Shown: positions 37,357-47,106 of the stretch, piece by piece
How the letters are laid out: each line of letters starts with the position of its first letter
Position numbering within the stretch: the first letter of the stretch is position 1
Virus record (IMG/VR): IMGVR_UViG_3300047548_001236
Location: 124,001-188,000 of that record
Length of the DNA: 64,000 nt
Direction: 5' to 3' (one strand)
Program-made: the position numbers and the translations under genes
Notes under the pieces: model-generated
The model's database searches: none
The model's input: the letters and a program-made list of their open reading frames with translations, nothing else
Told to the model about the DNA's origin: nothing

Positions 37357-38253
37357 ATGACCAGACAAGCAATCAACGTAGGTGCAGCAGCAAACGACAG
37401 AACAGGCGACGCTCTGCGGACAGCCTTTCAGAAGACCAACTCAAACTTTGTTGAATTGTATGATCGTGTTGGCACACTCGAGACTTCTGGAGGAAACGGA
37501 GACAGGTCGTGGGAAGATGTATCCACAAACCAAACGTATAACGTCGTTGAGTGGAACAGCGGTAAGACTGTCACAGTAACAAGCACACCAACTGAAACCT
37601 ATACCCTAACAACATACGATGCAAGATCAAATTCGCCATATATTTACTTTGTGTGGGACCAACAATTCATCACTAACGTTTGGGAAGGCTACAACCACCC
37701 GTTCGGAGGCGGTGAAGCATATGAGCTTTCGCTTGACGGCGGTCAGACGTGGTTTGCTGTTGAACAAAGTGGATACAATGGTGGCACGTTCCTTTATTTT
37801 TCTGTCGCTTACGCATACGAGGGACAATACACATTCACGTATCTTCAAGGTGTAAACGTTCAGCTTAGATTCAATCGAGGTAGTCTACCTACGCCTTGGT
37901 TTGATTTGGCAGATGCTCCAGTAAACGCCAACTCAATCATAACCGTCAGCATGGATGTTGTTGCCAACCCAAGAATGGTCGGAGCTGGTAACACTGTTTT
38001 CCAAGCAACGTCGTTCAAGTCAAACCTTGTATTCTCTAATGTGTTGTATAACGACAACACAAGCGAAGGATCGGTATCAACAGGGTCAACGACCTACTCT
38101 GGAAACAATTCCATAAACAGCGATATGAATATGGAAATTCGTTTGAGCAGCAACACGGCTGTTGACGCTGGAAGACTTTACTGCGACTTTGACAATGGAA
38201 GAGTCGGAACAATTTCTTTCTACTGGAACGCTAAGTTGTTCACGAGGTCTTAA
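37357..38253 (+). CDS. Structural protein with a gp9/gp10-like N-terminal segment and unknown C-terminus
   Basis: QAINVGAAANDRTGDALRTAFQKTNSNFVELY matches the T4 gp9/gp10 N-terminal motif. Confidence 0.6.
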   Translation: MTRQAINVGAAANDRTGDALRTAFQKTNSNFVELYDRVGTLETSGGNGDRSWEDVSTNQTYNVVEWNSGKTVTVTSTPTETYTLTTYDARSNSPYIYFVWDQQFITNVWEGYNHPFGGGEAYELSLDGGQTWFAVEQSGYNGGTFLYFSVAYAYEGQYTFTYLQGVNVQLRFNRGSLPTPWFDLADAPVNANSIITVSMDVVANPRMVGAGNTVFQATSFKSNLVFSNVLYNDNTSEGSVSTGSTTYSGNNSINSDMNMEIRLSSNTAVDAGRLYCDFDNGRVGTISFYWNAKLFTRS

Positions 38254-39059
38254 TGTCAATAGCAAACTACTTCTACAATCAGACAACGCGAAAGTATATA
38301 GCTTTATTTGGAACTCTTTTCAACAAGATTTCCATTGCAAGATATGACCACACTACCAATACGGAAGTGCAGCGTATGATTGTTCCTATATCATACGGTC
38401 CTTATCAGAAGTATTTGGCGCGTATCCTACAAGATCCCAACATCGATCGCAAGACTGCAATTACACTGCCGAGAATGGCGTTTGAGATTGACAACTTGCA
38501 ATACGATGGAAGCCGTAAAATCAACTCAATTAAAAAGCTGAGAAACGACAACGGTGAAACGGACTTCCTATATGCCCCAGCGCCGTACAATATAAATTTC
38601 ACGCTATACATAATGGTCAAATATGCAGAAGACGGTGTGCAGATCTTCGAGCAAATAGCGCCGTTTTTTAAGCCGGAATGGACAACGACGGTTTCGCTTA
38701 TAGATGGCATCGAGCCTTTGGATATTCCATTGGTTTTGAACAATGTGACAACAGAAGATATATATGAGGGAGACTTCACCACAAGACGTAGCATCTTGTG
38801 GACGTTAAACTTCACGATGAAGGCTTGGTATTTCGGTCCTGTGAGACAGAAGGGCATTATCAAGTTCGTTGACGTGAGAATGTTTGACAACACGACAGCA
38901 AACACAGTGTTTATGAGCCAGGTAAATGTTCACCCTGGATTGACAGCAAACGGACAACCAACATCATATGCCAACAACTCTATCCCATGGGAGCAAATTG
39001 AGATTGATGATGATTGGGGTGTCGTGACTATTATTAGAGATGAGTTAATAGAGCCATGA
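38253..39059 (+). CDS. 15: Tail sheath stabiliser/terminator gp15
   Basis: YIALFGTLFN, VPISYGP, TLPRMAFE and EQIAPFF motifs. Confidence 0.9.
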   Translation: MSIANYFYNQTTRKYIALFGTLFNKISIARYDHTTNTEVQRMIVPISYGPYQKYLARILQDPNIDRKTAITLPRMAFEIDNLQYDGSRKINSIKKLRNDNGETDFLYAPAPYNINFTLYIMVKYAEDGVQIFEQIAPFFKPEWTTTVSLIDGIEPLDIPLVLNNVTTEDIYEGDFTTRRSILWTLNFTMKAWYFGPVRQKGIIKFVDVRMFDNTTANTVFMSQVNVHPGLTANGQPTSYANNSIPWEQIEIDDDWGVVTIIRDELIEP

Positions 39060-39493
39060 ATGAAAAGAAAATAGCAGAGGTATTGGGACTGAGACCTCTT
39101 GATGAAGTGCCTCAAGAAGAAGCCAGTGTTCCCACTGTGGTTGAAATAATTGACGCCCCGCCCACTCCACTGGCCACGGCCCAGGAAGAGGTGATTGATG
39201 ATATTGAACTGGCGAAGCAGAACATATCAGAGCTGATGACTAAAGGGGTTGAATCGCTGGATGAACTCATGGCTGTTGCCAAGCAATCCCAGAATCCTCG
39301 TGCGTATGAAGTTGTATCAACTTTGATGAAAACTCTAATTGATGCCAATAAAGAATTTGTGGGCATGTCTGAGAAGAAGAAATATGCGAAAGAGGACCAT
39401 CCGGCAGGTCAGGCCACAACTAATGTGACAAATAACAACTTGATTCTGTCCACGACAGACATGTTGAAAATGATAAAGGGAGATATGGAGTGA
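39056..39493 (+). CDS. 16: Terminase small subunit gp16
   Basis: AKQSQNPRAYEVVSTLMK and TNNNLILSTTDML motifs. Position. Confidence 0.85.
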   Translation: MNEKKIAEVLGLRPLDEVPQEEASVPTVVEIIDAPPTPLATAQEEVIDDIELAKQNISELMTKGVESLDELMAVAKQSQNPRAYEVVSTLMKTLIDANKEFVGMSEKKKYAKEDHPAGQATTNVTNNNLILSTTDMLKMIKGDME

Positions 39494-40098
39494 ATTACAG
39501 TATAGAGCAGATAGCTGAAGTGATGAAGTGCAGTGAAGACGTCGAATACTTTGCCGACAACTACATCAAATTCTCAAACCCCAACGGCGTTGTCCTGGCC
39601 AAATTGAATGATTTTCAACGCAGTGTGATCAGTAATTATAGAGACAACAAGGTCTTTTTCATGCCTGCAGGGCGGCAAGAAGGCAAGTCGACTGTTGCTG
39701 CTATTATACTACTACACCAAGCTCTTTTCACAGAGCAGAGAGTCAGTCTAGTCTTTGCACGCACCAAGTCTCAGAGCAGTTCAATTATTGAGATCGTCAC
39801 CGAAATGTATGAACGTCTGCCCGAGTTTTTCTCAATGTGTTCCAAAATGACCGCCCGCAGCAAGTCAAAGGTGGAATTTGGCAACGGGTGCTCCATCATC
39901 AGTGCAGGGTCAGACATTAATTACGGTAGAGGTAGAGCCATCTCGACCATCTATATTGACGAGTCAGAATGGTTTGATAAACTCGAGGATGTGTTGACCT
40001 CGTTATATCCTTGTATGGCCGCAATACCCTATTCTAAACTGTTTGCCCTATCGTCAACGTTTACAGGTGATTCATTTAGAAGACTGAGGGTGACCTAA
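39490..40098 (+). CDS. Stand-alone paralogue of the terminase ATPase domain
   Basis: GRQEGKST (Walker A), TIYIDE (Walker B) and LSST. Colinear with the N-half of gp17 and has no nuclease domain. Confidence 0.7.
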   Translation: MNYSIEQIAEVMKCSEDVEYFADNYIKFSNPNGVVLAKLNDFQRSVISNYRDNKVFFMPAGRQEGKSTVAAIILLHQALFTEQRVSLVFARTKSQSSSIIEIVTEMYERLPEFFSMCSKMTARSKSKVEFGNGCSIISAGSDINYGRGRAISTIYIDESEWFDKLEDVLTSLYPCMAAIPYSKLFALSSTFTGDSFRRLRVT

Positions 40099-40979
40099 TG
40101 ACTGAAGGCTATCTTGGTAACCAGCACCTCAAGAAGACCGGTGTCCCAATTGAGTGGACGCCAGAACTCATTCGAGAGTATGCAAAATGCGCTGCGGATC
40201 CTGTTTATTTTGCTAAGAAGTATATCAAGATTGTCCATGTGGATAGAGGACTTGTACCCTTTGAGATGTACCCCTATCAGGAAAAGATTGCACGTGAGAT
40301 AACAGACAACAGACGTGTTGCTGTTCTTACTGCTCGTCAGAGCGGAAAGACCACAACTGCAATGGCAATCATCCTGCATTATATCCTTTTCAATGAATTT
40401 AAGACGGTGGCCATACTTGCCAACAAGGGTGACTCAGCTCGAGAAGTTCTATCCAGAGTCCAATTGGCCTATGAATCACTCCCCAAGTGGTTGCAGCAGG
40501 GTATCCTGGAATGGAACAAGGGTTCAATTGAGCTTGAGAATGGATGCAAGATATACGCAGGAACTACTTCATCGTCTGCAATTCGTGGTAAATCTATTTC
40601 ATTCCTCTATTTGGATGAGGTGGCCTTTATTGAAGGTTATGATGATTTCTTTGCGTCGGTCTACCCCACAATTTCATCGGGTGAAAGCACTAAACTGTTG
40701 ATGACATCAACACCAAATGGACTGAATCACTTTTACAAGACGTGTGTTGGCGCGGAAGAGGGAACAAATGGATATAGATTCGTCAAAGTCATGTGGTACG
40801 ATGTCCCTGGTCGTGATGAGCGGTGGAGACAAGAAACCCTTGCAGCTCTTGATCATGACCTTGAGAAGTTCAAACAAGAATACGAATGTGTCGCGGGAGA
40901 AACAACCGTTACTATACGTGATAAAGTCACCGGACAAATAATGACTATGGCAATTTCCGAGCTATATGATATAGTGTGA
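40098..40979 (+). CDS. 17: Terminase large subunit gp17, N-terminal part fused to a 30-aa N-intein
   Basis: RQSGKTT, LYLDE and TSTPNG motifs. Ends KQEYE|CVAGETTV...ELYDIV*. Confidence 0.92.
   Translation: MTEGYLGNQHLKKTGVPIEWTPELIREYAKCAADPVYFAKKYIKIVHVDRGLVPFEMYPYQEKIAREITDNRRVAVLTARQSGKTTTAMAIILHYILFNEFKTVAILANKGDSAREVLSRVQLAYESLPKWLQQGILEWNKGSIELENGCKIYAGTTSSSAIRGKSISFLYLDEVAFIEGYDDFFASVYPTISSGESTKLLMTSTPNGLNHFYKTCVGAEEGTNGYRFVKVMWYDVPGRDERWRQETLAALDHDLEKFKQEYECVAGETTVTIRDKVTGQIMTMAISELYDIV
40887..40976 (+). other. Split intein N-fragment (30 aa)
   Basis: CVAGETTVTIRD matches intein block A, and ISELY is typical of short N-inteins. Confidence 0.85.
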
Positions 40980-40991
40980 ATTCCTTGGATT

Positions 40992-41029
40992 TATAAATAC
41001 CTCCGCTAGTATATACCGAGGAGGGGTAT
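40992..41029 (+). promoter_or_regulatory. Late promoter and RBS-sequestering hairpin of the endonuclease gene
   Basis: TATAAATA at 40992-40999. ATACCTC (40997-41003) can pair with the GAGGGGTAT RBS region (41021-41029). Confidence 0.6.
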
Positions 41030-41030
41030 C

Positions 41031-41750
41031 ATGACGACTTATGTTTACTTGTTAACTCGTAAAGATGGGTTAAAGTATGTGGGAATCACCGTAAATTTGA
41101 AGAGAAGAGTTAAAGAACACACAAAGACAAAACGATTTGAGCAAGGAATAACAAGTGTCGAAGTGTTGGCTGAATGCAACACATATGCTGAGGCAGAAGC
41201 ACTCGAAGAGATTTTCATACGACGTTATGATACGTTTACCTCGGGTTTGAATGTAACGCGCACAGGCAAAGGTAAAAACGATACAGATAAGTTCAACACC
41301 TATGGTTACATATATTCGGACACGTCTAAGCAGAAAATGCGAGACAGTCATTGGTCAAAACGGGGTGGAAAACCGTGGAACCGAGGAAGACAAAACGTGT
41401 ATAGCGAGCAAACAAAACTTCAGTGGTCGGGGAAGAGGTCAGGGAAATGTTGGGGAAAAAGAATAATCGATCCTGACACAGCAAAAGATATCCTCAATGC
41501 CTACAACCAGAACACAATTGTTTTTAACTGTGAATTTTTGAAGACTCTCGTAAAGAAAACACAGGTTCCTATTATACATGAACTCACTCTCGATGATCTA
41601 ATAGGATCGAATGGAAAACCGCTCAGTAAAATCGTATTGTATAGCCATTATTTTTCGAAAAAATATGGTGTAACTCCTACGACTATAAGAAATATCATAA
41701 CGGGTAAAACCAAGCTAGCGATGGGACACGATGAACAAATTTCAAACTAA
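41031..41750 (+). CDS. Free-standing GIY-YIG homing endonuclease (Seg-like) between the terminase halves
   Basis: YVYLL...KYVGIT...RRVKEH...E...GLN motifs. Confidence 0.85.
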   Translation: MTTYVYLLTRKDGLKYVGITVNLKRRVKEHTKTKRFEQGITSVEVLAECNTYAEAEALEEIFIRRYDTFTSGLNVTRTGKGKNDTDKFNTYGYIYSDTSKQKMRDSHWSKRGGKPWNRGRQNVYSEQTKLQWSGKRSGKCWGKRIIDPDTAKDILNAYNQNTIVFNCEFLKTLVKKTQVPIIHELTLDDLIGSNGKPLSKIVLYSHYFSKKYGVTPTTIRNIITGKTKLAMGHDEQISN

Positions 41751-42057
41751 ATACGAGGTTCTTACCCCTAGCGGGTGGGTGGATTTTGATGGAATCAAAA
41801 AAACGACCTCGTCGAACATTATACGGTTGGTTACTGATAGTGGAAAAGAACTATCGTGCACTGATGGGCATCGAATATCTTGTGACGCTGGTTTTGTGTT
41901 TGCTCGAGATATGAAGACAGGCGATTTTATCCACACAGAGGACGGTCTCGAACGAGTCGTGCACATAGAAAACGCATATGAAAAAACGGACGTGTACGAC
42001 CTTCTTGATGTTAAGAATGGAAATGTGTATTTCACCAACGGTGTTGTGAGCCACAAT
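41731..42057 (+). other. Split intein C-fragment (109 aa)
   Basis: Ends in His-Asn followed by Cys+1 at 42058. Confidence 0.9.
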
Positions 42058-42879
42058 TGCGAATTCCTCGGATCGTCGGGCACACTTATCTCTGGTGAAA
42101 GACTAAAGACTCTCAAGGATCTCAAGCCTACTGTTCAATCAGGATCTGTCAAACAATACGTTCCTCCTATTGAAGGTCACGTGTACGCATTGATTGCAGA
42201 CGTATCAAGAGGAAAAGGGCTCGACTACTCAACGTTTTCGATAATTGATGTGACAGAAATGCCCTACAAACAAGTGTGTGTATATCGAGACAATGCGATC
42301 GGACCCGGTGATTATGCGAGCATAATATATCGTTTAGGTAAGATGTATAATGAAGCTCACACACTAATCGAAATAAACGATAGTGGCGGTCAGGTTGCTG
42401 ACACTCTTTTCTTCGAGTTTGGATATGAGAACATGCTGTTTACAGAGCATGGCGGAAGATCTGGAAAGAGGATTTCCGGTGGATTTGGCAAAGGAGTCGA
42501 CAGAGGCATACGTACTTCAAAGAGTGTCAAATCAATCGGTTGCTCTATCCTCAAACTGCTCATTGAACAACAGCAGCTAATCGTCAATGATTTTGATACA
42601 ATCGAAGAGCTCAAGCACTTTTCCCGTAAAGGTGCTTCATATGAAGCTGAATCGGGATGGCATGATGATATGGTTATGACGTTGGTGCTATTTGCATGGC
42701 TAACTGATCAGAACTACTTTAAGGACGTGACCGATATAAATACGCTGATGACGTTGAGACAACTATCCGACGATCAGATTGAGGAGGATTTGCTTCCTTT
42801 TGGTTTCATTATGAGTGGCAATGAAGAAAAACCCGTGAAGTTTGTGGATGCCCAAGGGGATGTGTGGATGGAAGTGTGA
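41731..42879 (+). CDS. 17: C-intein (109 aa) fused to the terminase large subunit C-terminal nuclease part
   Basis: CTDGH (block B), VYDL...VVSHN|CEFLGS. Then ADVSRGKGLDYS and HDDMVM, the gp17 nuclease motifs. Confidence 0.92.
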   Translation: MNKFQTKYEVLTPSGWVDFDGIKKTTSSNIIRLVTDSGKELSCTDGHRISCDAGFVFARDMKTGDFIHTEDGLERVVHIENAYEKTDVYDLLDVKNGNVYFTNGVVSHNCEFLGSSGTLISGERLKTLKDLKPTVQSGSVKQYVPPIEGHVYALIADVSRGKGLDYSTFSIIDVTEMPYKQVCVYRDNAIGPGDYASIIYRLGKMYNEAHTLIEINDSGGQVADTLFFEFGYENMLFTEHGGRSGKRISGGFGKGVDRGIRTSKSVKSIGCSILKLLIEQQQLIVNDFDTIEELKHFSRKGASYEAESGWHDDMVMTLVLFAWLTDQNYFKDVTDINTLMTLRQLSDDQIEEDLLPFGFIMSGNEEKPVKFVDAQGDVWMEV

Positions 42880-42891
42880 GAGTGGGTTTGA

Positions 42892-42899
42892 TATAAATA
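42892..42899 (+). promoter_or_regulatory. T4-type late promoter (sheath/tube)
   Basis: TATAAATA in the intergenic gap. Confidence 0.85.
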
Positions 42900-42955
42900 G
42901 AAAGAACATATACTCCAACTCTTTCAATACGGCATAACACAAAGGAGAAAAAAAC

Positions 42956-44812
42956 ATGGTTTTTTCTGTAAGCCCATCAGTTACAGTTCGTGAGGTTGAC
43001 CTTACCTCGAACATTCCTGCAATTGCTTCCAACCAAGGCGCGATAGCGGGTGTTTTCAATTGGGGTCCCGTTGGTGAAGTAACGTTTATCACGTCAGAGA
43101 CAGAACTCGTCGAAGTTTTTGGTAAGCCAAACGACAACAACTACGAGACGTTTTTCACAGCAGCCGATTTCCTTGCATACTCAAACCAGCTGTTTGTTGT
43201 ACGTGCAGATAACGGTGCCGTTAAGTCGGAAGCTACGCTTGTAGCATCTAACGTTGCCTCGTATGACTTTGAAGCCAAGTACCCTGGTTCGATCGGCGAC
43301 TCGATTCGTGTAGCATACGTAACCGGTTCTACTGAGTATTCACAAGACTTGTTCGCTGTGGGTCAGCTTGATGACGCATCCAACAACGACATCTTCAACG
43401 AAAGCACAATCACCTTCATCGCAGACGTCAACTATGACGACGTGATTAACGAAGGTGACATCATTGTCCTTGGAAACGACTCTGTAGGCTACCAAAATCT
43501 TGTTCTCGCTTCTAAGAATATTCAACCTTCTTCCAACGCAACGTATGAGTATACGCTGACATTCAACAGCAAGTACACGCTGGCCGAATCGTCCATCGCC
43601 AATCTCAAGCTGTCTCGTCGCTGGGCATATAGCTACATCGTCGAAAAAGCTCCAACGGCTGGTGCAATGCACCTGGTCGTCGTTGACGGCGACGGTGCAA
43701 TATCTGGAGTCGCTGGTACGATTCTGGAAAGATACACCGACATTTCGCTTTCACCAACCGGCACGACAATTGACGGTGTTCCCAACTACTACAGAACTAT
43801 CATCAACGATAGCTCTAACTGGATTGCAATTCCTGATACTTCGGCCGATATTGTTGCAAACCAAATTGGTTACCTATCGTTCTCTGGTGGTAGCGACGGA
43901 TCATCCGAGTCGACTGTCAACTTTGGTAGCATGGCTCTTGCATATGACTTGTTCAAGGATACAGAACAGTTTGACATTGCGTTCATCATGCAGGGTAAGG
44001 CAATCAACGATACCAACCTTGCAAACTACATCATCAGCAACGTGATCGAAGCTCGTAAAGACTCTGTCTTGTTCATCTCGCCAGACAAGAGCTTGATTCT
44101 GTCCGGTAACAATATTCGCGCAAGCAGAAATGAAATCGTCACGGACATCATTAATTTTAGAGGCAGGCTGCAGTCTTCGTCCTACTGGTTCATGGACACG
44201 GGCTATAAGTACCGCTTCGATAAGTACAACAACACGTTCCGTTGGGTCCCTCTCAACGGCGATATGGCAGGTCTTGCTGCTAGAATCGATCCGTGGGAGT
44301 CGCCAGCTGGATACAAGCGTGGCATTATCAAAAATGTTACCAAACTGGCTTTCAATCCTAACAAGGCTGAAAGAGATCGTCTGTACGGTCGTGACATCAA
44401 CTCTGTGATAAGCCAGGCTGGACAGGGAACGCTGCTGTTTGGAGACAAGACAGGTCTGGGTCGTTCTAGTGCATTTGATAGAATCAACGTACGTCGTCTG
44501 TTCATCGTGATTGAAAAGGCCATCGCGACTGTTTCAGCTTCGCTGCTGTTCGACTTTAACGATGAGTTCACGCAGACCGAATTCAACAACCTTGTTGATC
44601 CTCTCCTGAGGGATATCAAGGGCAGAAGAGGTATCACTGATTTCCGCGTGATTAGTGATGGAAGAGTCAACACTCCTGACATCATCGACCGCAATATTTT
44701 CAGAGCTAACATCTTCATCAAGCCTGCAAGAACCATCAACTACATTGAGCTGACCTTCATCGCTACCAGAACCGGTATCTCGTTCGAAGAGCTCATTGGA
44801 CAACAGTTCTAA
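42956..44812 (+). CDS. 18: Tail sheath protein gp18
   Basis: SPSVTVREVD, FNWGP, WESPAG and RINVRRLF motifs. Confidence 0.95.
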   Translation: MVFSVSPSVTVREVDLTSNIPAIASNQGAIAGVFNWGPVGEVTFITSETELVEVFGKPNDNNYETFFTAADFLAYSNQLFVVRADNGAVKSEATLVASNVASYDFEAKYPGSIGDSIRVAYVTGSTEYSQDLFAVGQLDDASNNDIFNESTITFIADVNYDDVINEGDIIVLGNDSVGYQNLVLASKNIQPSSNATYEYTLTFNSKYTLAESSIANLKLSRRWAYSYIVEKAPTAGAMHLVVVDGDGAISGVAGTILERYTDISLSPTGTTIDGVPNYYRTIINDSSNWIAIPDTSADIVANQIGYLSFSGGSDGSSESTVNFGSMALAYDLFKDTEQFDIAFIMQGKAINDTNLANYIISNVIEARKDSVLFISPDKSLILSGNNIRASRNEIVTDIINFRGRLQSSSYWFMDTGYKYRFDKYNNTFRWVPLNGDMAGLAARIDPWESPAGYKRGIIKNVTKLAFNPNKAERDRLYGRDINSVISQAGQGTLLFGDKTGLGRSSAFDRINVRRLFIVIEKAIATVSASLLFDFNDEFTQTEFNNLVDPLLRDIKGRRGITDFRVISDGRVNTPDIIDRNIFRANIFIKPARTINYIELTFIATRTGISFEELIGQQF

Positions 44813-44832
44813 TCTTACGGGAGTAACAGAAA

Positions 44833-45414
44833 ATGGCATTTAGCATAGATCAATTCAAATCAGCTCTGGCGCTTGGTGGCGCCAGACCATCCCTCTTTGA
44901 GGTACAATTCACATTCAACCCAGGAAACGACATAATTACAGAGGGTCTTGCAAAAGCTCCATTCATGGTTCGCTCAGCAAACATCCCTGCTTCGAACCTC
45001 GGTTCGTTCCCTGTACCATACTTTGGACGTCAAATCAAGCTGGCAGGCGATAGAACATTCGATGACTGGCAGGTCGTTGTGATCAACGATGAAGACTTTG
45101 CCGTAAGAGCTGCTTTCGAAGAGTGGTCCAAACTGATCAACTCGCACGAACCAAACCTGGCTTCGCTGAGACCAGGACGTGGCGTTGTTGGTGGTCCAAC
45201 TGGGTACAAAGCGAACGCTGTTGTAAGACAGTATTCTAAGCTCGGTGGCGCTCCAATCAGAACATATCAATTCATTGGTATGTATCCAACTGTCATCTCC
45301 GATATTCCACTGGGATGGGGTGAAGTTGACCAGATTGAAGAGTTTGCTGTTCAGTTTGCATATGACTATTGGGAATTGGTTGATTCGACAGCACCCATCG
45401 CAATAACAGAATAA
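44833..45414 (+). CDS. 19: Tail tube protein gp19
   Basis: GARPSLF, KLAGDRTFDDW and IEEFAVQFAYDYW motifs. Confidence 0.95.
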   Translation: MAFSIDQFKSALALGGARPSLFEVQFTFNPGNDIITEGLAKAPFMVRSANIPASNLGSFPVPYFGRQIKLAGDRTFDDWQVVVINDEDFAVRAAFEEWSKLINSHEPNLASLRPGRGVVGGPTGYKANAVVRQYSKLGGAPIRTYQFIGMYPTVISDIPLGWGEVDQIEEFAVQFAYDYWELVDSTAPIAITE

Positions 45415-45432
45415 TATTTAAAGGATTTGCAA

Positions 45433-47106
45433 GTGAGATTATTTGGTTTTGAAATCAAGAGGCTCGAGGACGGCGTTACTAACCAGTTGCCGTCGTTCGC
45501 CGAGCCTCAAAATGACGATGGAGCTCTTAACTTAGGATCTGTTGTAGGCGGATCCTATGGTATGCTGTGGGATATTGAAGGAACAGCAAAATCAGAAGCC
45601 GAGCTTGTTACAAGATATCGCGGCATGATGCTGAACCCTGAAATCCAACAAGCAGTCGATGAAATAGTCAACGAGGCAATCAACGTCGATTCACATGATG
45701 AAGTAATTAAAATCGTGCTCGATGATACTGGATTGCCTGACAGAGTCAAGGACCGTGTAACAGAAGAGTTTCAAAACGTACTTGAGCTTCTCGATTTTTC
45801 AAACCAAGCATATGATATATTCTCTAAATTCTACGTTGATGGGCGACTCAACTATCATGTGATTATCGATGAGAAGGATCTTCGTCGAGGTATTCTCGAA
45901 CTGAGATACCTCGACCCTCGTAAGATTCGTCTTGTCCGTGAAATGGATGATAAGCCTATTCCTGGACAAGGTAGTCAAGCTGCGACTCTAAAACAGATTC
46001 GCAAAGAGTATTACATCTACTCAGAAAGTGGCTTTGGCACGTCTTCTGTGACCAACTACACAACATCGATAAGCGGTCTCAAGATTGCAAGAGATTCTAT
46101 TGTCAGAGTGACATCAGGCATCGTCAACGAATCAAACACGGTCGTTCTCTCACACCTTCACAGAGCTATCAAGTCGCTCAACCAATTGAGGATGCTAGAG
46201 GACGCAACTGTGATTTATACGATCACAAGAGCTCCTGAACGTCGCATCTTTTACGTTGACGTAGGCAACTTGCCTAAAGCGAAGGCTGAGCAGTATCTTC
46301 ATGATATGATGGCACGGCACAAGAACCGCGTTACATACGACCCTGCTACAGGTGAAATTCGTGACGACCGTAAGATGATGACAATGACCGAAGACTATTG
46401 GTTCCCACGCCGTGAAGGAAACCGCTCGACGGAAGTGGAACAGCTTCAAGCTGGTGGCGGTCTTGGAGAAGATCGCAACCTACCGTACTTCCAAAACAAA
46501 CTGTATAAATCGTTGAACGTTCCAGTCGCTCGTTTGCAACCTGAAACAATGTATTCTTTTGGTAGAGGATCGGAAATCACTCGCGAAGAACTGAAGTTCA
46601 GTAAGTTCATCAAGAGACTACGTGCGAGATTCTCCATTCTATTCGATAGATGCCTTGAGCGCCAACTCGTGTTGAAAGGTGTTATGTCACCAGAGGACTG
46701 GGCTTCCATACAGAACAAAATTCGATACGATTTCGTCAAAGACAACTTCTTTGAAGAGCTCAAGGAAACAGAAATTCTTCGTGAAAAGCTCAACACACTG
46801 AATGAAGTAGAGCCGCTAGTGGGCAAATACTTCTCGAGAGAGTGGGTCGTTAAACGCGTTCTGTTTATGTCTGATGATGAAATGCGTCAGATGCAAAAAG
46901 AAATGGACGCTGAGCGAATGGCTGGATACTACGGCGACTTTGTTCCTCAGGGACAAGGTGATTACGAGCAGATTCCTGCCGATCAAGTCCCACAACAGAT
47001 GCCTCCTGAGCAGCAGCTTCGACAGTCTGTATCCGATCCAGTAGACGGTTTGACAATTATAAATACAAATAGGTTCAAATCTCAGCAAAGGACAACAAGA
47101 AGATGA
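45433..47106 (+). CDS. 20: Portal protein gp20
   Basis: LFGFEI, RAPERRIFYVDVGNLPK and EDYWFPRREG motifs. GTG at 45433 has better RBS spacing than TTG at 45427. Confidence 0.95.
   Translation: MRLFGFEIKRLEDGVTNQLPSFAEPQNDDGALNLGSVVGGSYGMLWDIEGTAKSEAELVTRYRGMMLNPEIQQAVDEIVNEAINVDSHDEVIKIVLDDTGLPDRVKDRVTEEFQNVLELLDFSNQAYDIFSKFYVDGRLNYHVIIDEKDLRRGILELRYLDPRKIRLVREMDDKPIPGQGSQAATLKQIRKEYYIYSESGFGTSSVTNYTTSISGLKIARDSIVRVTSGIVNESNTVVLSHLHRAIKSLNQLRMLEDATVIYTITRAPERRIFYVDVGNLPKAKAEQYLHDMMARHKNRVTYDPATGEIRDDRKMMTMTEDYWFPRREGNRSTEVEQLQAGGGLGEDRNLPYFQNKLYKSLNVPVARLQPETMYSFGRGSEITREELKFSKFIKRLRARFSILFDRCLERQLVLKGVMSPEDWASIQNKIRYDFVKDNFFEELKETEILREKLNTLNEVEPLVGKYFSREWVVKRVLFMSDDEMRQMQKEMDAERMAGYYGDFVPQGQGDYEQIPADQVPQQMPPEQQLRQSVSDPVDGLTIINTNRFKSQQRTTRR
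47058..47065 (+). promoter_or_regulatory. Late promoter inside the 3' end of gene 20
   Basis: TATAAATA 37 nt before the next ATG. Confidence 0.7.

Noticed and set aside
40887-42057. Terminase as a pseudogene, frameshift or group I intron interruption
   Set aside because: Both halves carry complementary intein blocks with correct Cys1 and His-Asn/Cys+1 junctions, and each has its own start and stop.
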